Shown in pieces: positions 12,881 to 26,081 of a stretch of DNA of 64,000 nucleotides. A program made the position numbers and the translations under genes. The first letter of the stretch is position 1, and every line of letters starts with the position of its first letter. This DNA comes from Camelus ferus. Its lineage: Eukaryota. The stretch covers positions 18,230,001 to 18,294,000 of the forward strand of contig NC_045697.1 in NCBI RefSeq assembly GCF_009834535.1, given 5' to 3'. Below the pieces are notes generated by a model. The model ran no database searches. It worked only from the letters and a program-made list of their open reading frames with translations, and was not told where the DNA came from.

Positions 12881-15334
12881 CATTCCTCAGTATGATTGCA
12901 ACACGAGTTTATTCATCCATAAAATGGGGGAAATGTGTAGCTTATTTGCAGTGGTATCGTGAGAATTAAGTGAAATATGAACTTGATGTCTCAGAGTTCC
13001 CCAACTTGAGGATACAACTGAGGTTGCATTAATGTTGTTACCTGACTGACAAGGGCCCCTACGCTCATGAGGAAATTCCCTTCCTGGAAGCAGGTTCATA
13101 AACAGCCCTGATGTCCCTCAGTTTGGGGATGTGCCTCCTCACCCGGCAGCCCCTGGTTCCCACAACTCTGCCAGGGGACCACTCTCAGTTCAGTTTCCTC
13201 AGTATTAATTGGTTCAGGCTGGTCATTTGATGGAACTGCAGGGGAGACTCACTGATAAACAGCAGAAGATTTGAACTTCATTATGCAGGATGGCTTGGTC
13301 CATTTACTTACTTAACAAACGTCTTCAGAGTACTGAGCAATGGATTTCAGCAGCACACGGAGCCGGATTCGTGACTTAGGGTAATGGTTCTGATAAGGAG
13401 AATGGGATACAAAATATCCCCTCCCTCACTTACACTCTACAGCCTGTTAGGGCCCCAGAGAATCAGAATTTAGGGAAACAGCTCTTTCCAGTGTGACATA
13501 TTTCTGGAACGGCAGGGTTAAGAAGGGATCGTCTGTAAAGTCGATCTAGTTCTCCCCAGTAGCCCCAAGGGTACATGGCTGTCTAGGGTCAGTTTCCCTC
13601 CTGGCTTCTGTAAGGGCTTCCCAACCCATGGCCCTCAAGTGTGTTAGGCATGTCTGAGCCCCAGGCATGAACAGCAAATCAAGATACATTCCCAGAAGAC
13701 ATTCCAGCCTCCACCCGAAGATGAGCTTGCAAATGGTTTTTTGAGAGACAGGGTACCCTTTGACCACTCCCAATGGATAGATTGGATCCTACTTGGATTC
13801 CAGCTTATAGAAACAAGTATGGCAAGTACCAGTGAATGCTAGATAGTCAAGAAGTGTTGATTCTCTTCCACCTGGAAGAGAGGAAACTCAACCGGGATTA
13901 TGGAGTGGCTGAATGAAAAAGAGAGGGGCCAGAAGTCTCTGTGCCCAGTGTGAGTTTAAAAACCCAATCACTGTAGGTCAGAGCTTGAAGACAGCTAGAC
14001 CGGTGAAGTGGGTTCAAGTGGCCTGCTGGTTGCTCAGGGCCACACAGCAAGCCATATAGGCCGAGTGTCCCCACTCTGGGCGACTGTGGACCTATGGGTC
14101 CTAGAAGACGCTCTACTGGGGATAAAATTATTTTAAGGCCTCTCAGAATTCCTATAAATATTTCCTAAAGTCCTAATGAGTACTATTTTTCTTATATTTG
14201 TGACTCTTCTTCAAATGTTAACGTTATTAATTTTAAACTGTTACTGGTCCCCTTTAGCTTTAAAAAAATTAAATGAAATTTATTTCTTTAGATTAGTTTC
14301 AGGCCCACAGCAAAACTGTAGGGAAGGTACGGAGATACAGCTCCAACATGATGCCATGCTGCAGAGGAATAGGGTGTGTATGCGGTGGGGCGGGTGGGGG
14401 TGGGGAGGAGGTTTCTGAGCGAGTAGGCGTTTTCCCTGAAGAAACTCAACTACTCAATGGCACTGTATTAGTTTATTACATTGGAGTAAACAGTTTTCTG
14501 ACCCCACTCCTCTATCCAACCCCACCAGTACCCAGAGGACGTACACTCAAAAGCAAAACTAGATTACAGGCAAAAATAAAGAATTTAGAGTGTAATACAT
14601 TTGTAAACCACTCCCAAGATAAGATAAGAGATGTTTTTCAAAGCATTCAGTGTCCCAGGGCAATAGTGGTGGCCAGTAAATGCGAAATAGTCACAGAGGT
14701 GGGGCTGAGTCTTACGGGATGGGCAGCATTGGGCCCACGTCAGAAGAGGGGAACCACCAGAGCAAGGGCTGGAGGTGAGGGTGTGCATGTGTGGTTCAGG
14801 GAACAGCAGGGAGAGGGTGGGACAGAGAGCTCCTGTTGGGCCTGTGGTGCCCCCCGTTGGTTAGCCCGACCTGGGAACACAGCTATGAGTAAGCTCAGAA
14901 AAGGCCGGCTCTGATAGGGCCTGGATTTGCCTCCTGGAGACCTTGCAAAGAGAAAGCCAGAGAATGTGGCCACCCAAATGTCAGCTGGCTCCTGAATAGG
15001 CCGAGGAGCTGTGGGGCGGCTCCCGGCGCCTGAGCAGCAAACAGCGGTGGGCTGGGGTGACCCTCTGAGCACGTGGCTGAGGCCCTGGAAACACCAAGGG
15101 TCATTCTCCCAGTAGGTCAACTTAAGGAAACCAGGGACTCAGAACAAAGGCTAGCTGGCTCACCATAAGGAACGCTCTTATTTTCTAGTTCCTGTTGACT
15201 CCATGAAGAAAGTGCCTGGTCAGTGTTTGAGAACTGGCCTGGCTCATGTTTCATGCCCCCTCCTGGGGCCAAGCTGCTCAGCCAGGCAGAACTCCTTGCA
15301 GAGAAGTCACGAACAAGAAAGGTTGCTGGTCCTG

Positions 15335-15870
15335 CTACAGAAGCAAACAGGAACTCTCAGTCATTGCTGGTGGGAATGCGAACTTGTTCACCACTTTGAC
15401 AGTTCGGTGATTTCTTATAAAACTGAACATACTCTTAACATGTAATCCAGCAATGACGCTCCTTGGTATTTATGCAAATGAACTGAACACTTCTGTGCCC
15501 ACAAAAGCTTGCAATCGATGTTCAGAGCAACTTAAAAATAAAATTGCCCAAACTTGGAAACAACCAAGATGCCCTTCAGTCAGTGAATAGATAAACTGTG
15601 ATCCATCCAGACAATGGAATATTACTCAGAGCTGAAAAGAAATGAGCTAGAAAGCCATGAAAAGACATGGAAGAAACTTAAATGCAAATTACTGAGAGAA
15701 AGAAGCCAATCTAGAAAGCTGCATACGGTATGATTCCAACTACATGGCATTCTAGAAAAGGCCAAGCTATGGAGACAGTGAAAAGAGCAGTGACTGTCGG
15801 GGCAGGAGGGACACACAGGAGTTTTAGGGCAGTGAAAACCCTCCACGTGACACCATGATGATGGAAACAG
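15335..15870 (+). mobile_element. Old L1 (L1MB-like) 3' region
   Basis: ggaactctcagtcattgctggtgggaatgc...aacttggaaacaaccaagatgcccttcagt...tatgattccaactacatggcattct. Confidence 0.85.
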
Positions 15871-15884
15871 TGTTTATCAGTGTA

Positions 15885-16342
15885 CAGTGTTTTAAAAAGT
15901 GTTTATTCAAGGTCTTAAGAATTATAGTTTGGAAGATACAGAAGAGAATGTTACTCTGAAAGAATACTGGGTAACTCCAAAAGAATGTTCTGAGGAAGAG
16001 AGAGGGACTTACAAAAACAAAAAGGTGTGAAGTTGTTAAAAGTTGCCTGGTGAGAACTGTGATTGACTCTGACCAGAGTCAGAAAATATTTGTTCTCAAG
16101 GAATGACAATTAGTTTTAGGGTAGGGATCTGACACTTACATAGACTGTCATGAGTTATTTTAGGGTAAGGATTCGATAAGTATCTTGAGTTTCTGGCAGT
16201 TTCTGTACGTCACTTTATCAGGTCAAAACGTGAGATTCCATTCAGGCCAATGTGTAAAAGTCACACTTCCTTAATGACCTCCTGGCTCCATTTTAGAGCC
16301 CCATCTTAGCGATACCAACTCCATCTTGATTTTTCTTTCACA
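15885..16342 (-). mobile_element. ERV-type solo LTR
   Basis: Minus strand begins TGTGAAAGAAAAATCAAGATGGAG...AAAATGGAGCC and has AATAAA near its end (15902-15907); ~450 bp. Confidence 0.55.
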
Positions 16343-17759
16343 GTGGGATGCTTGTGGTGATGTGTATAATGTCCTCATACTGTCTAGTCATTGTTCAGCC
16401 TCTGAAGCTAACATCTGCTTCAGCAAACTCATGATCCCTTGCCTTGTCTAGGGCATTACTCCCAGGTACCCTCTTCAACTTCCTCTTGCTGATGGGCTCC
16501 ACTTTTGGCTCCACTGGTGTTTAAAATTCCCAAAGCTGCAGTCCCTGCTGACATCTTGGCAGCCAGCACCCTCAGCAGATTTCCACATCTCCTCCTTGGA
16601 GCACATAAAAGTTTCTAGACACCTTCTAACTACACAGAAAGCTGGCAAGACTCGGGGAAACCAAACTCAGGCTCTTTCCTTTGGCTGCAGCAAACGGAGG
16701 CACTGTTGAGCCCCATGTATGGGCAGGGAGTCAGCAAGGCTGATACCTTCCAGTGGAAGCAAGAGAGTATCTCTCTGCCCCAGGACCTTCCCGTGTTTGA
16801 GGATCAATCCTCCTGGGCACTTCAGAGGATAATAAAAAAGGAAAATTGAGGGATCTGCATTCTTCCTCTAAACTCTGTTTTTCCCTTCTTTCTTTTTGCC
16901 ACCACCCTTCAGGCTGGAAGGAGTGGATTTTTCTTTTACTTCCCTTATTATATTCTTTCAGCCATAGTATCTAGTTGTCACAAATGGAAGGGATACTGTC
17001 CACACTACTTTAGAAAAGTCTTTGAACTAGTACTCCAAATCTATCTCTTGATATAAGTAAAGACTGTAGGAAACCCATCTCTACTATGCTAAGTTTGCAA
17101 GTCCATTACTCTGTTAATGAAGTCAAATATCTGCTTTCTTCCGTCTCTGGTATAAGCTTCAGGGGTCTCTCTCTGAGGGAGAAGGCTGCAAAGGAACATG
17201 AGTCGTAGGGTAAATTAAAATACACTGGCTTGATATTTGCAAATATTAACCCAAATTTCATCTTGTTTAACATTTGTGCTTTTATTTAACTTTTTCTATT
17301 TGTTGGTCTTGTCTCTACAAGTAAGTAAAATGCTTGTTTCATCTACCAGAGTTTCACACACTATTATATACAGGATAAAAAAAATTAAAAATAAAATTTT
17401 ACAGCTTCATTGAGGTATAATTGACATACAATATACTGCTTATATTTAAATAATGTAACTTGATGAGTTTTGAATTACGTATGCACGAATGAAATCATCA
17501 TCATAATCAAGATAAGGAAGACATCTATCACTCCAAGTTTAAAAAACATTCTTCCCCGTAACTTCACCTCAATCCTACATGCTATAGGCAGTCGGTGCTC
17601 AGCTTTCTGTCACGATAGATTAGTTGGCATCTTCTAGAATTTTATGTAAATGAAACAATTTGATATGTACTCTTTTTTTTTTTTTTGGTCTGGCTTCTCT
17701 TACTAAGTATAATTACTTTGTTAATTATTCTTTTTTTTTGTATCAGTAGTTCATTCCTT

Positions 17760-17997
17760 TTTTTGTTTTTTAGTTTTTTTTTTTTTTAATTGAAGTGTAG
17801 TCAGTTTACAATGTTGTGTCAATTTCTGGTGTACAGCGTGTTTCTGTCATACATGTACATACATATATCCCTTTTCATATTCTTTTTCATTATAGGTTGC
17901 TACAAGATATTAACTGTAGTTCCCTGTGCTGTACAGTAGAAACTTGTTGTTTATCTAGTTTATATATAGTAGTTAATATCTGCAAATCTCAAACTCA
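17760..17997 (-). mobile_element. Short younger L1 3' end nested in the old L1
   Basis: Poly-T, then ttgaagtgtagtcagtttacaatgttgtgtcaatttctggtgtacagc...ttccctgtgctgtacagtag; related to 9360-10080. Confidence 0.75.
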
Positions 17998-18244
17998 CAG
18001 TTATGAAGTAATTTGTTCTTTTTTATTACTGGGTAGTAATCAATTTTATGGATATACAATAGTTTGTTTATTTATTCTTTTGTTTATGAACATTTGGGTT
18101 GTTTCCAGTTTAGGGCTTTCAAAGAAAGCTGCTGTGAACTTTGGTGTACAAGTGAACATGCATTTTCCTTTTTTTTCTTGGGTAAATACTGGGTTGGCTG
18201 GGTTGGAATGGAATGGAATGAAATGGCTTGGGTTGTATGGGAAG

Positions 18245-18431
18245 CAGAGTTGCCAGATTTAACAAATAAAAATAGAGAGCATCCAATTAAATTTAAACTT
18301 TAGACAAACAGCAAGTAATTTTTTAGTACACATATGTCCCATGTGATATTTAGGACATATCTATATTAAAATTTATTCATTGTTTATGTGAAATTCAAAT
18401 TTAACTTTGTGTCTTTTATCTGGCAACACTA
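18245..18431. mobile_element. MER53 palindromic hAT MITE
   Basis: Terminal inverted repeats gttgccagat / atctggcaac, internal arms aaatttaaacttt / aaattcaaattt and a central atatgtcc...ggacatat; ~190 bp. Confidence 0.85.
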
Positions 18432-19088
18432 AATTAGGAAGAGTACTATTAACTTTTTAAGAAACTACCAAACTTTGTTTCTGAAGTGATTTTATCATTT
18501 TACATTCCTGCAAGCAGTAAAAGAGAGTTTCGGTTGCTTCATGTCCTTGTCAGCACTTAGTGTGATCAATCTTTTAAATTTTAGCCATTCTAGTGAGTAT
18601 GCAGTGGTATTTCAGTGTGGTTTTAATTTGCATTTCCATAACAACTAATGATGTTGAGTGTATTTTCAGTGTGCTTACTTGCCATCTCTATTGCTAGCTT
18701 GATGAGGACCCTGTTTTGTTCAGTTTGTTTCCTCTTTTTTGTATTGGGTTTCTGGTCTTTAATTATTGAGTTGTAAGAGTTCTTTACATATGCTGTATCC
18801 AAATCCTCTGTCATACACATTTTCGGCAGATATATTGCCCCAGTTTGTGGCTCGCCTTTTCATTTGTGTACCAATGTCTTTTGAAGAGCAAGAGTTTTTC
18901 ATTTTGATCAAGTCCAATTTATTGATATTTTTTCCTTTTATTCTTGTCCTTTTTGTCCTACATAAAAAATCTTTGCCAAATTTGAGGATACTAATATTTT
19001 TGTTCAGAAGTTTTATAATTTTGGTCTGTACATTTAAATTGATGATGCATTTTGAGTTAATTTTTATGTATGGTGTGAGGTAGGATCC

Positions 19089-19126
<38 letters not shown>

Positions 19127-22100
19127 TATGGCTTTCAAGTTGTTTTTATGAAAAGATCTTTCTCCAAGGTAATTAAACATTTTAGCAACTGTGTTGAAAC
19201 TCGATTGACCATATAAGTGTGAGAATTTCTGGAATCTCTATCTTTTCCCATTTATATATATGCCTATTTTTATGGGAATACCACACTCACTGTCTTAATA
19301 ACTGTAGCTTTATAATAAATCTTAAAATCAGGTAGTGTCAGTCCTCTCATTTTGTTCTTTTTTTCTTTTTTCAACATTGCTTTATCTATTCTAGGTCCTC
19401 TGCACTTCAATACAAATTTTAGAATCAGCTTGGCAATTTCTACCAAAAAAAATCCTGCTGTGATTTTTTGATTGTTATTGAACTGAATCTATAAATCAAC
19501 TTGGAGAAGATTGACATCTTGAAAAATTAAGTCTTTTGATCCATGATCATAGTATATATGTATCTCCATTTTATTTAAGTTTACCTTAATTTTTCTCAGA
19601 ATACTGTTAGTTTTCAGAATACATATCTCATAAATCTTTTGCTACATTTATCCCTAGTATTTCATACTATATGACAACTCTTTTAAATAGTTTTAATTCT
19701 TTTTCATCTTTCAATTGTTTATTGCTGATGTATCAAAATATATATTGGTTTCGTATGTTGACTTAGGATCCTGCAGCCTTGCTAAGGTAACTTAGTAGTT
19801 ATAATATCTTTTTCTTGTATTCTTTAGAATTTTTGAAAGGACTTTCAGTTCACTACTGAATAGAACTGATCAGAGTAGGTATCTTTGCTTTATTCCCAAT
19901 CTTCGGGGAAAGCATTCAGTCTTTCACCATTAAATACAACATAGCTGTAAGTTTTGTTATAAACATCCTTTATTTGGTTGAGGAAGTTACCATCTTTTCC
20001 TAATTTGATGTGTTTTTTTAATAATAAATAAATGTTGGATTTTGTTAAATGCTTTTCTGCACTTATTGAGCTGCTCTTATGTTTTATCTTTCTTAGTCAG
20101 TTAACATAGTGAGTTGTATTGATTGGTTTCAAATGTTAAATCAACTTTGCATAACTAGGATAAACTATATTTGGCCAGGATATATCCTTTTTGTTAATTG
20201 CTAGTTTTAATTTGCTAATATTTGGTTAAAGATTTTTGTGTCTATGTTTATGAGAGATACTGATCTGTAGTTCAGTTTTCTTTTCTTATAGTTTGTCTGA
20301 TTTTGAGTTCAAGGTCATGTTGGCCTCATAAAATAAGTTCAGAAATATTTCTTCTTCTATTTTTTTATGAAAATGTTTGTGTAGAGTTGATACTATATTT
20401 TTCTTAAATGTTTGATAGAAGCAATGCTACAGCCATCTGGCCCTGGAATTATCTTTTGGGGAAGGACTTTAAACTATGAATTCAATTTCCTTAAATGCTG
20501 TAGGCCACTCAAGTTTCCTATTTCCTACTTTAGCTTTGGCAGTTTATGTCTTTTAAGGAATTTTAAGATGTCAAATTTATTGGTATAAAGTTTCCATAAT
20601 ATTCCCTTATTATTATTTTTATGTCTATAGGATCTGTAGTGAAATCATTCATTTATTTCTGATATTGGCAATTTTGTGTCTTTTTATAGAGCTTTATCAA
20701 TTTCCTTGATTTTTTCCAAAGAACCAGCTTTGATTTTATTGATTTTCTTTATTTTTCTGGTTTCAATTTCATTAATATCTTTTTTTTTATTTATTATTTC
20801 TTTCCTCTGCTTACTTTGGGTTTACTTTGCTCTTCTTCTTCTTTTTTTTTCTTATGGTAAAAATTTAGATCACTGATTTGAAATCTGCCTTGTTTTCTTA
20901 TGAACAGTTAATGCTATAAATGTCCACAAATTTTGATGTGTTATGTGTTTATTTTTATTCAGGTCAAAATATTTTCTAATTTCCTTTGAGATTTCTTCTT
21001 TGACCAATGGATTGTTTAGCAATGTGTTATTTCCCAGCTATTCTAGCTGTTTTATTTTTGTTTTAGTTTATTTCCTTGTGGTCAGGTAGTATACTTTATG
21101 AGATTTCTATATTTTGAATTCTAATGAGACTTGTTTAATGGCTCAGGATATAGTCTATCTTGGAGAACATTCTGTGCACCCTTGAATGAATGTATATTTT
21201 GTGATGATTAAGGTGTAGTGTTTTGTGAATATTAATTAGGTTAAGGGGGTTGGACAGTGTCATATAGATCTTCTGTATACTTACTGAATTCTTGCTGTAT
21301 TACTGAAAGAAGTGTGTTGACACCTACAATTCAACTGTGATTTGATTATTTCTCCTTATTTCTCTGTTTCTGCTTCATACACTTTTGATACTTTGTTACT
21401 AGGCATATATATATATTCATAATTACTTAATCTTCTTGATTTACTGACCCTTTGAATATAACACAATGTCCCTTTTTGTCTCTTGTGATACTCCTCGTCT
21501 TGAAGTCTATTTCGTCTGATATTAATAAAGCTACTCTAGCTTTCTTATTTCCCATTTGTAACTTTAGTAATATGCTACTCTTAGAAAATATTACTTATCA
21601 TAAAAGGCTTCTTTCTAGCTTTTCCTTATTGTAAAATCCAGGTAAGTTCATCAGGGCTGATCTTTTCTAACTTGTGTTTGGTTCTCTGCTTTGCGGATCT
21701 CCACGACTGACCTCAGTCTGTTGGCTAATCGGGCACAGTCTCCCTGACACTAGAGCTTTTGTGAAATACACTCCAGCTTAGACTAATTAAAGGAAAGCCA
21801 AGGCTTTCTGTGTAAAGTCACAGTGAAAGCCAAAGAGCAAGAGGTTATATACTATGCTAAATTTCTTTGCCTTCAAGGATAGTCAGGTTGTGGCAGACTC
21901 AACTCCAACAAACACCTGCCAGTTCTGAGCACTGAGGCCGATGTTAGTTTGTTTTATATTTCTTTATTTCTTGTATTTGGATCTCAGGTACCCAAAGCTG
22001 AGTTAATCATTCTCTCAGTTCATGGCACACCATCAACATTGTGTGCAAGACTCTGCTCTCTTTTTATTGTAATATTTTTCCTTTCCTCACACAATCCATC

Positions 22101-22163
22101 TCCCAAGCCCCACCTCTGAATATCTAACTAGCCACCCTAATATATTTGATATATGATTTAAGC

Positions 22164-22397
22164 CAGTAGTTCTCAACCAGGACAGTTTTGCCATTCCTGC
22201 CTGCCATTACCTCCTCTTCAGGTACAGTTAGGAATGTCTGGAGAAATTCTGGGCTGTCACAGCTGAGGGGGTGCTACTGGCATCTAGTAGAGAGAGGGCA
22301 GGGATGCTGCTAAGCCTCCTATAATGCATAGGACAGACCCCTACGACAAAGACCCATCTAGCCCCAAACGTGAGCCTTGCCGAGGTTGAGAGCTGTG
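22164..22397 (+). mobile_element. MER20 hAT element
   Basis: cagtagttctcaacc...tgtctggaga...tgctactggcatctagtag..agaggg..agggatgctgctaa...gccgaggttgaga. Confidence 0.85.
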
Positions 22398-22414
22398 TAT
22401 GAACCCTGAAAAAA

Positions 22415-22495
22415 GGTGTGTGTGTGTGTGTATATATATATAGATAGATAGATACATGAATATTTACATGTACATATACATATTTACCCACATAT
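22415..22495. repeat. Compound (TG)n(TA)n(GATA)n microsatellite
   Basis: Directly visible. Confidence 0.85.
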
Positions 22496-22499
22496 GTGT

Positions 22500-23490
22500 A
22501 AAATGTTTTTTGAGGGTTTGATTTTGAATTTACACAAATACTATTGACATATAGATCTGCTTTAATTTCTTACTTTTCTCATTTATCAATATATTTTTAA
22601 CATCTTTCTATGTTGCTCCTCTCAGGTCTAGTTCATTACTTGCTGACTAGTATGATTTTCCATTCAATTTCTCCTACTAGCCTTGCAGTTCCACTTTTCA
22701 CAGTTAAATCTTTAATTCATTTGAGATTTTTAAAATAAAAGACATGAAATACAGTTTCAATCTTATTTTTCTGCATGTGATTGACTGACTCCCAAACTCT
22801 TTAAATATTAAATATGAAATATTCCACTCTTAGTCCAATTGATTTGTGATATTATTTGGTCATACCCCAAGTTTCCATATAAATCTGGTCTGCTCCTTGG
22901 CTCTTGATTTTTTTCTCTGAAACCATTTGTGTGTTCCTGCATTATCACCTCACTGCTTCTGTTACTATGGTACGGTGGCTTTGTAGTATAATAATATTTG
23001 GTATATCAGTTCTCTTTAGTCCTCTTTTTTAAAAATTAGTTATTCATGGACTTGTATTCTTTCATATAAATTTTAAAATTAGTTTGCCAGTTCCCCACAA
23101 AATTAGAACTTTGATTAAAATTTCAGTGAATTTATACATTAATTGTGAGGAAATTGACATATTTATATGTTATTATTTCACCCATGAACATGGTATGTTG
23201 CTTTATTTATATCTTCTTTATGTACTTTAAAAAATTTTCTTGGTAAAGATCTAGTGAGTTCATTATTAGATAAATTATCAAACTTTATAATTATATTGTT
23301 TTAGAAATGAAATATTTATTTTTAATAAATATAATTCTTTAATATTTTATATTTTAGTTATCTATTGCTGGTATAGGAAATATCTATTTTTAATTGAAAT
23401 ATAGTTGATTTACAATGTTATGTTAGTTTCTGGTGTACACTGTTTTTTTTAATTGACATTTTATCTAGAAATATTTTTGAATACTTCATT
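22500..23490 (-). mobile_element. Very old L1 fragments (L1ME-like)
   Basis: T-rich degenerate antisense L1 motifs (aaatctttaattcatttgag, tcttcatataaattttaaaattagtttg, aattgacatatttat). Confidence 0.6.
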
Positions 23491-23661
23491 GGGACTTTAA
23501 ATGATGCACAGCTTAGCATCTCCCTCTACCAAAGAGTAGAAAGACTACCATTTCCCCACTTTCCAGGAACTTGACAGTGATTAAGCAGTAGATGAATCTG
23601 GTGGTCTGTTTCAAACTTGCCAAAATGAAGTCATTAGGAATGAAGAGAAGGAAGTCTAAAG

Positions 23662-23971
23662 CATGGATTGTAAATTCAAATGCCTACATGGGCTAAGTGT
23701 AAAACAGCAGGGAATGGTGGGGACTGGGGCAAATCAGAAAGCACAAGCTTTATCTTGAAGGAGCAGACCTACTCGGCTTCAGCTAATTCTTGCCGTGCAG
23801 CAATGAAAGCTCAGTTTTTTCACATCTGTAGATTTTTTTTAAAGAAAAGCCCCAAATCCTTGATTTTAAGATAACAACTTAATCAAAATTTTAAAAAAAT
23901 ACTAGATGGGCCAAAGAAATCACATCTGTGTGCTCAATCTGTTTCATGATCTACTAAGCTGCACCCTCTGG
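23662..23971. mobile_element. MER102-like hAT element
   Basis: aaattcaaatgcctacatgggc...gggaatggtggggactg...gggccaaagaaatcacatctg...ccctctg. Confidence 0.65.
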
Positions 23972-24416
23972 TCTAAGAATGTCCTAAGGGGAGGGGACAA
24001 TAGGGAAGTAACTGAATGTCAACTGTGGACCCCATCCTTCCATTTCTTTTTTCCTTCCTCCGGCTCCCTGTTGACTTCATTTTGCAGGGTTCTACTCCAG
24101 CCAGCTTGGACACCAGCCTGGAAGGAATTGAGCTTAGAACTTGAGGAGAGAAGAGGAAGGTCAAGGCTGGCAAAGGTATGGTCTGGACCTAGATCATGTA
24201 GGCTGAGAACTTTCAAGAGAACAGGAGTCTAAGCTGGGACAGGAATTGATGTGTGGCCTACAAGCTTCACCTGAAGTGGTTTGGCATTGGAACCACTCCA
24301 GCTCTTTCCAGCATCACCTGGAGATAAACATATTTGGACAACTGTCTCAGATCAGAGTGGCTCCTGTGAGTCCATATTCTGGACCTGGACCAGCCTCGCA
24401 TAGTGTTTTGGGTTGG

Positions 24417-24801
24417 TGTTATGAGCTGAATTTTGTTCTCCCAAAATTCATATATTGAAGTCCTAACCTCCGGTGCCACAGAATGTGATCGTATTTGGAG
24501 ATACGGCCTTTAGAGAGATAATTAAGGTAAAATGAGATCAGTGAGGTAGGCCCCGATCCAATATGACTGGTGTCCTCGTAAGAAGAGATTAGGACACAGA
24601 CATACACAGAGGAAAGGCCATGTAAAGATGCTGGAAGCAGACAGCCGTCTACAAGCCAAGGAGAGAGACCACAGAAGAAACCAGCCCTGCTGACACCTTG
24701 CTCTTGGGCTTCCAGGCTCCATGCTGCAAGGAAATACATTCTGCTCTTTAAGCCCCTCAGTCTGTGCCACTTTGATACAGCGGCTCTAGCAGACTAAGAT
24801 A
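24417..24801 (+). mobile_element. MaLR solo LTR (MLT1A-like), full length
   Basis: tgttatgagctgaat...aaaattcatatattgaagtcctaacc...gcagactaagata, flanked by a 5-bp near-duplication gttgg/gttgt. Confidence 0.85.
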
Positions 24802-25021
24802 GTTGTGTTCCTTGGAAACAGACTGTGGAGGGGTACAGAGTTGTATGTGAAGTTTCATGGGAGCAGTGTCAGGAAATCGTATGTGAAAACAAGGAAGACA
24901 GAACTGGGCAGAGGGAGAAACTGAACTATAATGAGAGTGCTACCAAGTGGTGTTTGTGGTGGACGGGGTGGGGTGACCCTTCAGGACTTCCAAATTGAGG
25001 CAAGGAGCCTTTGCTTTCCTA

Positions 25022-25280
25022 CAGTCATTCTCAAGGTGAAGGAGGGAAGGTGATTCCCACCCCCCACCCCCCATCAGGGAACATGTGGCAATGTCTGGAG
25101 ACATTTTTGGCTGTCATGACTCAGGGATTGGGGTGTGTGTGGCAGGGGTGCATTTACCACTGGCGTCTAGTGGGTAGAGACCAGTGATGCTGCTTCTATA
25201 CATCCTAATGCACAAGACGGCCCCCAAAACAAAGAACCACCTGGCCCCAAATGTCAGTAGTACAGGGTTTAAGAAAGCCC
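25022..25280 (+). mobile_element. MER20 hAT element
   Basis: ggcaatgtctggagacatttttggctgtca...ctggcgtctagtgggtagagacca...ctggccccaaatgtcagtagt. Confidence 0.85.
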
Positions 25281-25514
25281 CCACTATATCAACAAGCCAC
25301 TGGACATGAGCTGCTCTTGCAAGGATTTAACCGTGGGCAGATCCCTGCAGCTGATGGCGATTCGCAGTTGAGGGACGCAGCTGTGAACTGTCAGCAGCCT
25401 ATGTTCCCAGCAGCAGGGAAATGGGCATGCTTGCCGTGAAGAGGATCTGGGTAGAGCAAAGAGCCCTTGGTCAGGCCCCTCAACCTTCTCTTTCTAATAA
25501 AAATAACCAACCAT

Positions 25515-25720
25515 GTTGAGGACATTGTCCTGGGAGTTTTACATATGTTATCCCACTTAAACCTCACGAAAAGCCCAAAAGCTGGATTTCATTGCCTCTA
25601 TTTTATAAAACAATAATCTGAGACTCAGAGAGGTTAATCGCTCACCCAAGACTGAGCTGGTATACTAGCTACCGAACCAGAATTTGAATCTGGGGCTGTT
25701 TGACTCCAAAGTCTGGCTCT
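25515..25720 (-). mobile_element. MIR SINE
   Basis: ctgagactcagagaggttaa...cccaag...gaatttgaatc antisense core. Confidence 0.7.
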
Positions 25721-26081
25721 TTTGCAAACAGGAAGGACAACCTTTGCTAAAGCAAGGGCAGTGCACACAGCGTACATGGGAGAATGAGGGCGGGCCGCAG
25801 ACGACCCAGACCTGATAGACATGCAGCCTCACAACAGCCAGAACCCTGAAACGATGGCTGATACTGTGCAAACATCACAGGGGCCAGACCCTGCACTCGG
25901 GCTCCCGGAGAAGAGCCTCCTGTCACTTCTGTGTCCGTAAATGTTAATAGTTGCCAGAAATAATCCCTCTCGTAAGGGGATTTTCTTAGCCTTCTTGAGG
26001 AAAATGCATAGATCTTAGGACTTTGTATGATGACAATAGTAACTCTAAAAAGAAAAAAAAAATCCACTTCCCAGGAGTCAA

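Larger units (their letters stand above)
17390..21560 (-). mobile_element. Large old L1 (L1M/L1MC-like; 3' UTR and degenerate ORF2) with nested insertions
   Basis: About 4 kb of T-rich antisense L1 (ttgaggtataattgacatacaat..., gcattcagtctttcaccattaa, aaagaaccagcttt). No intact ORF. Confidence 0.85.

Noticed and set aside
14348..14914. Longest supplied ORF (188 aa, + strand)
   Set aside because: No recognisable domain, low-complexity G-rich start and no splice-consistent partners; a length expected by chance in 64 kb.
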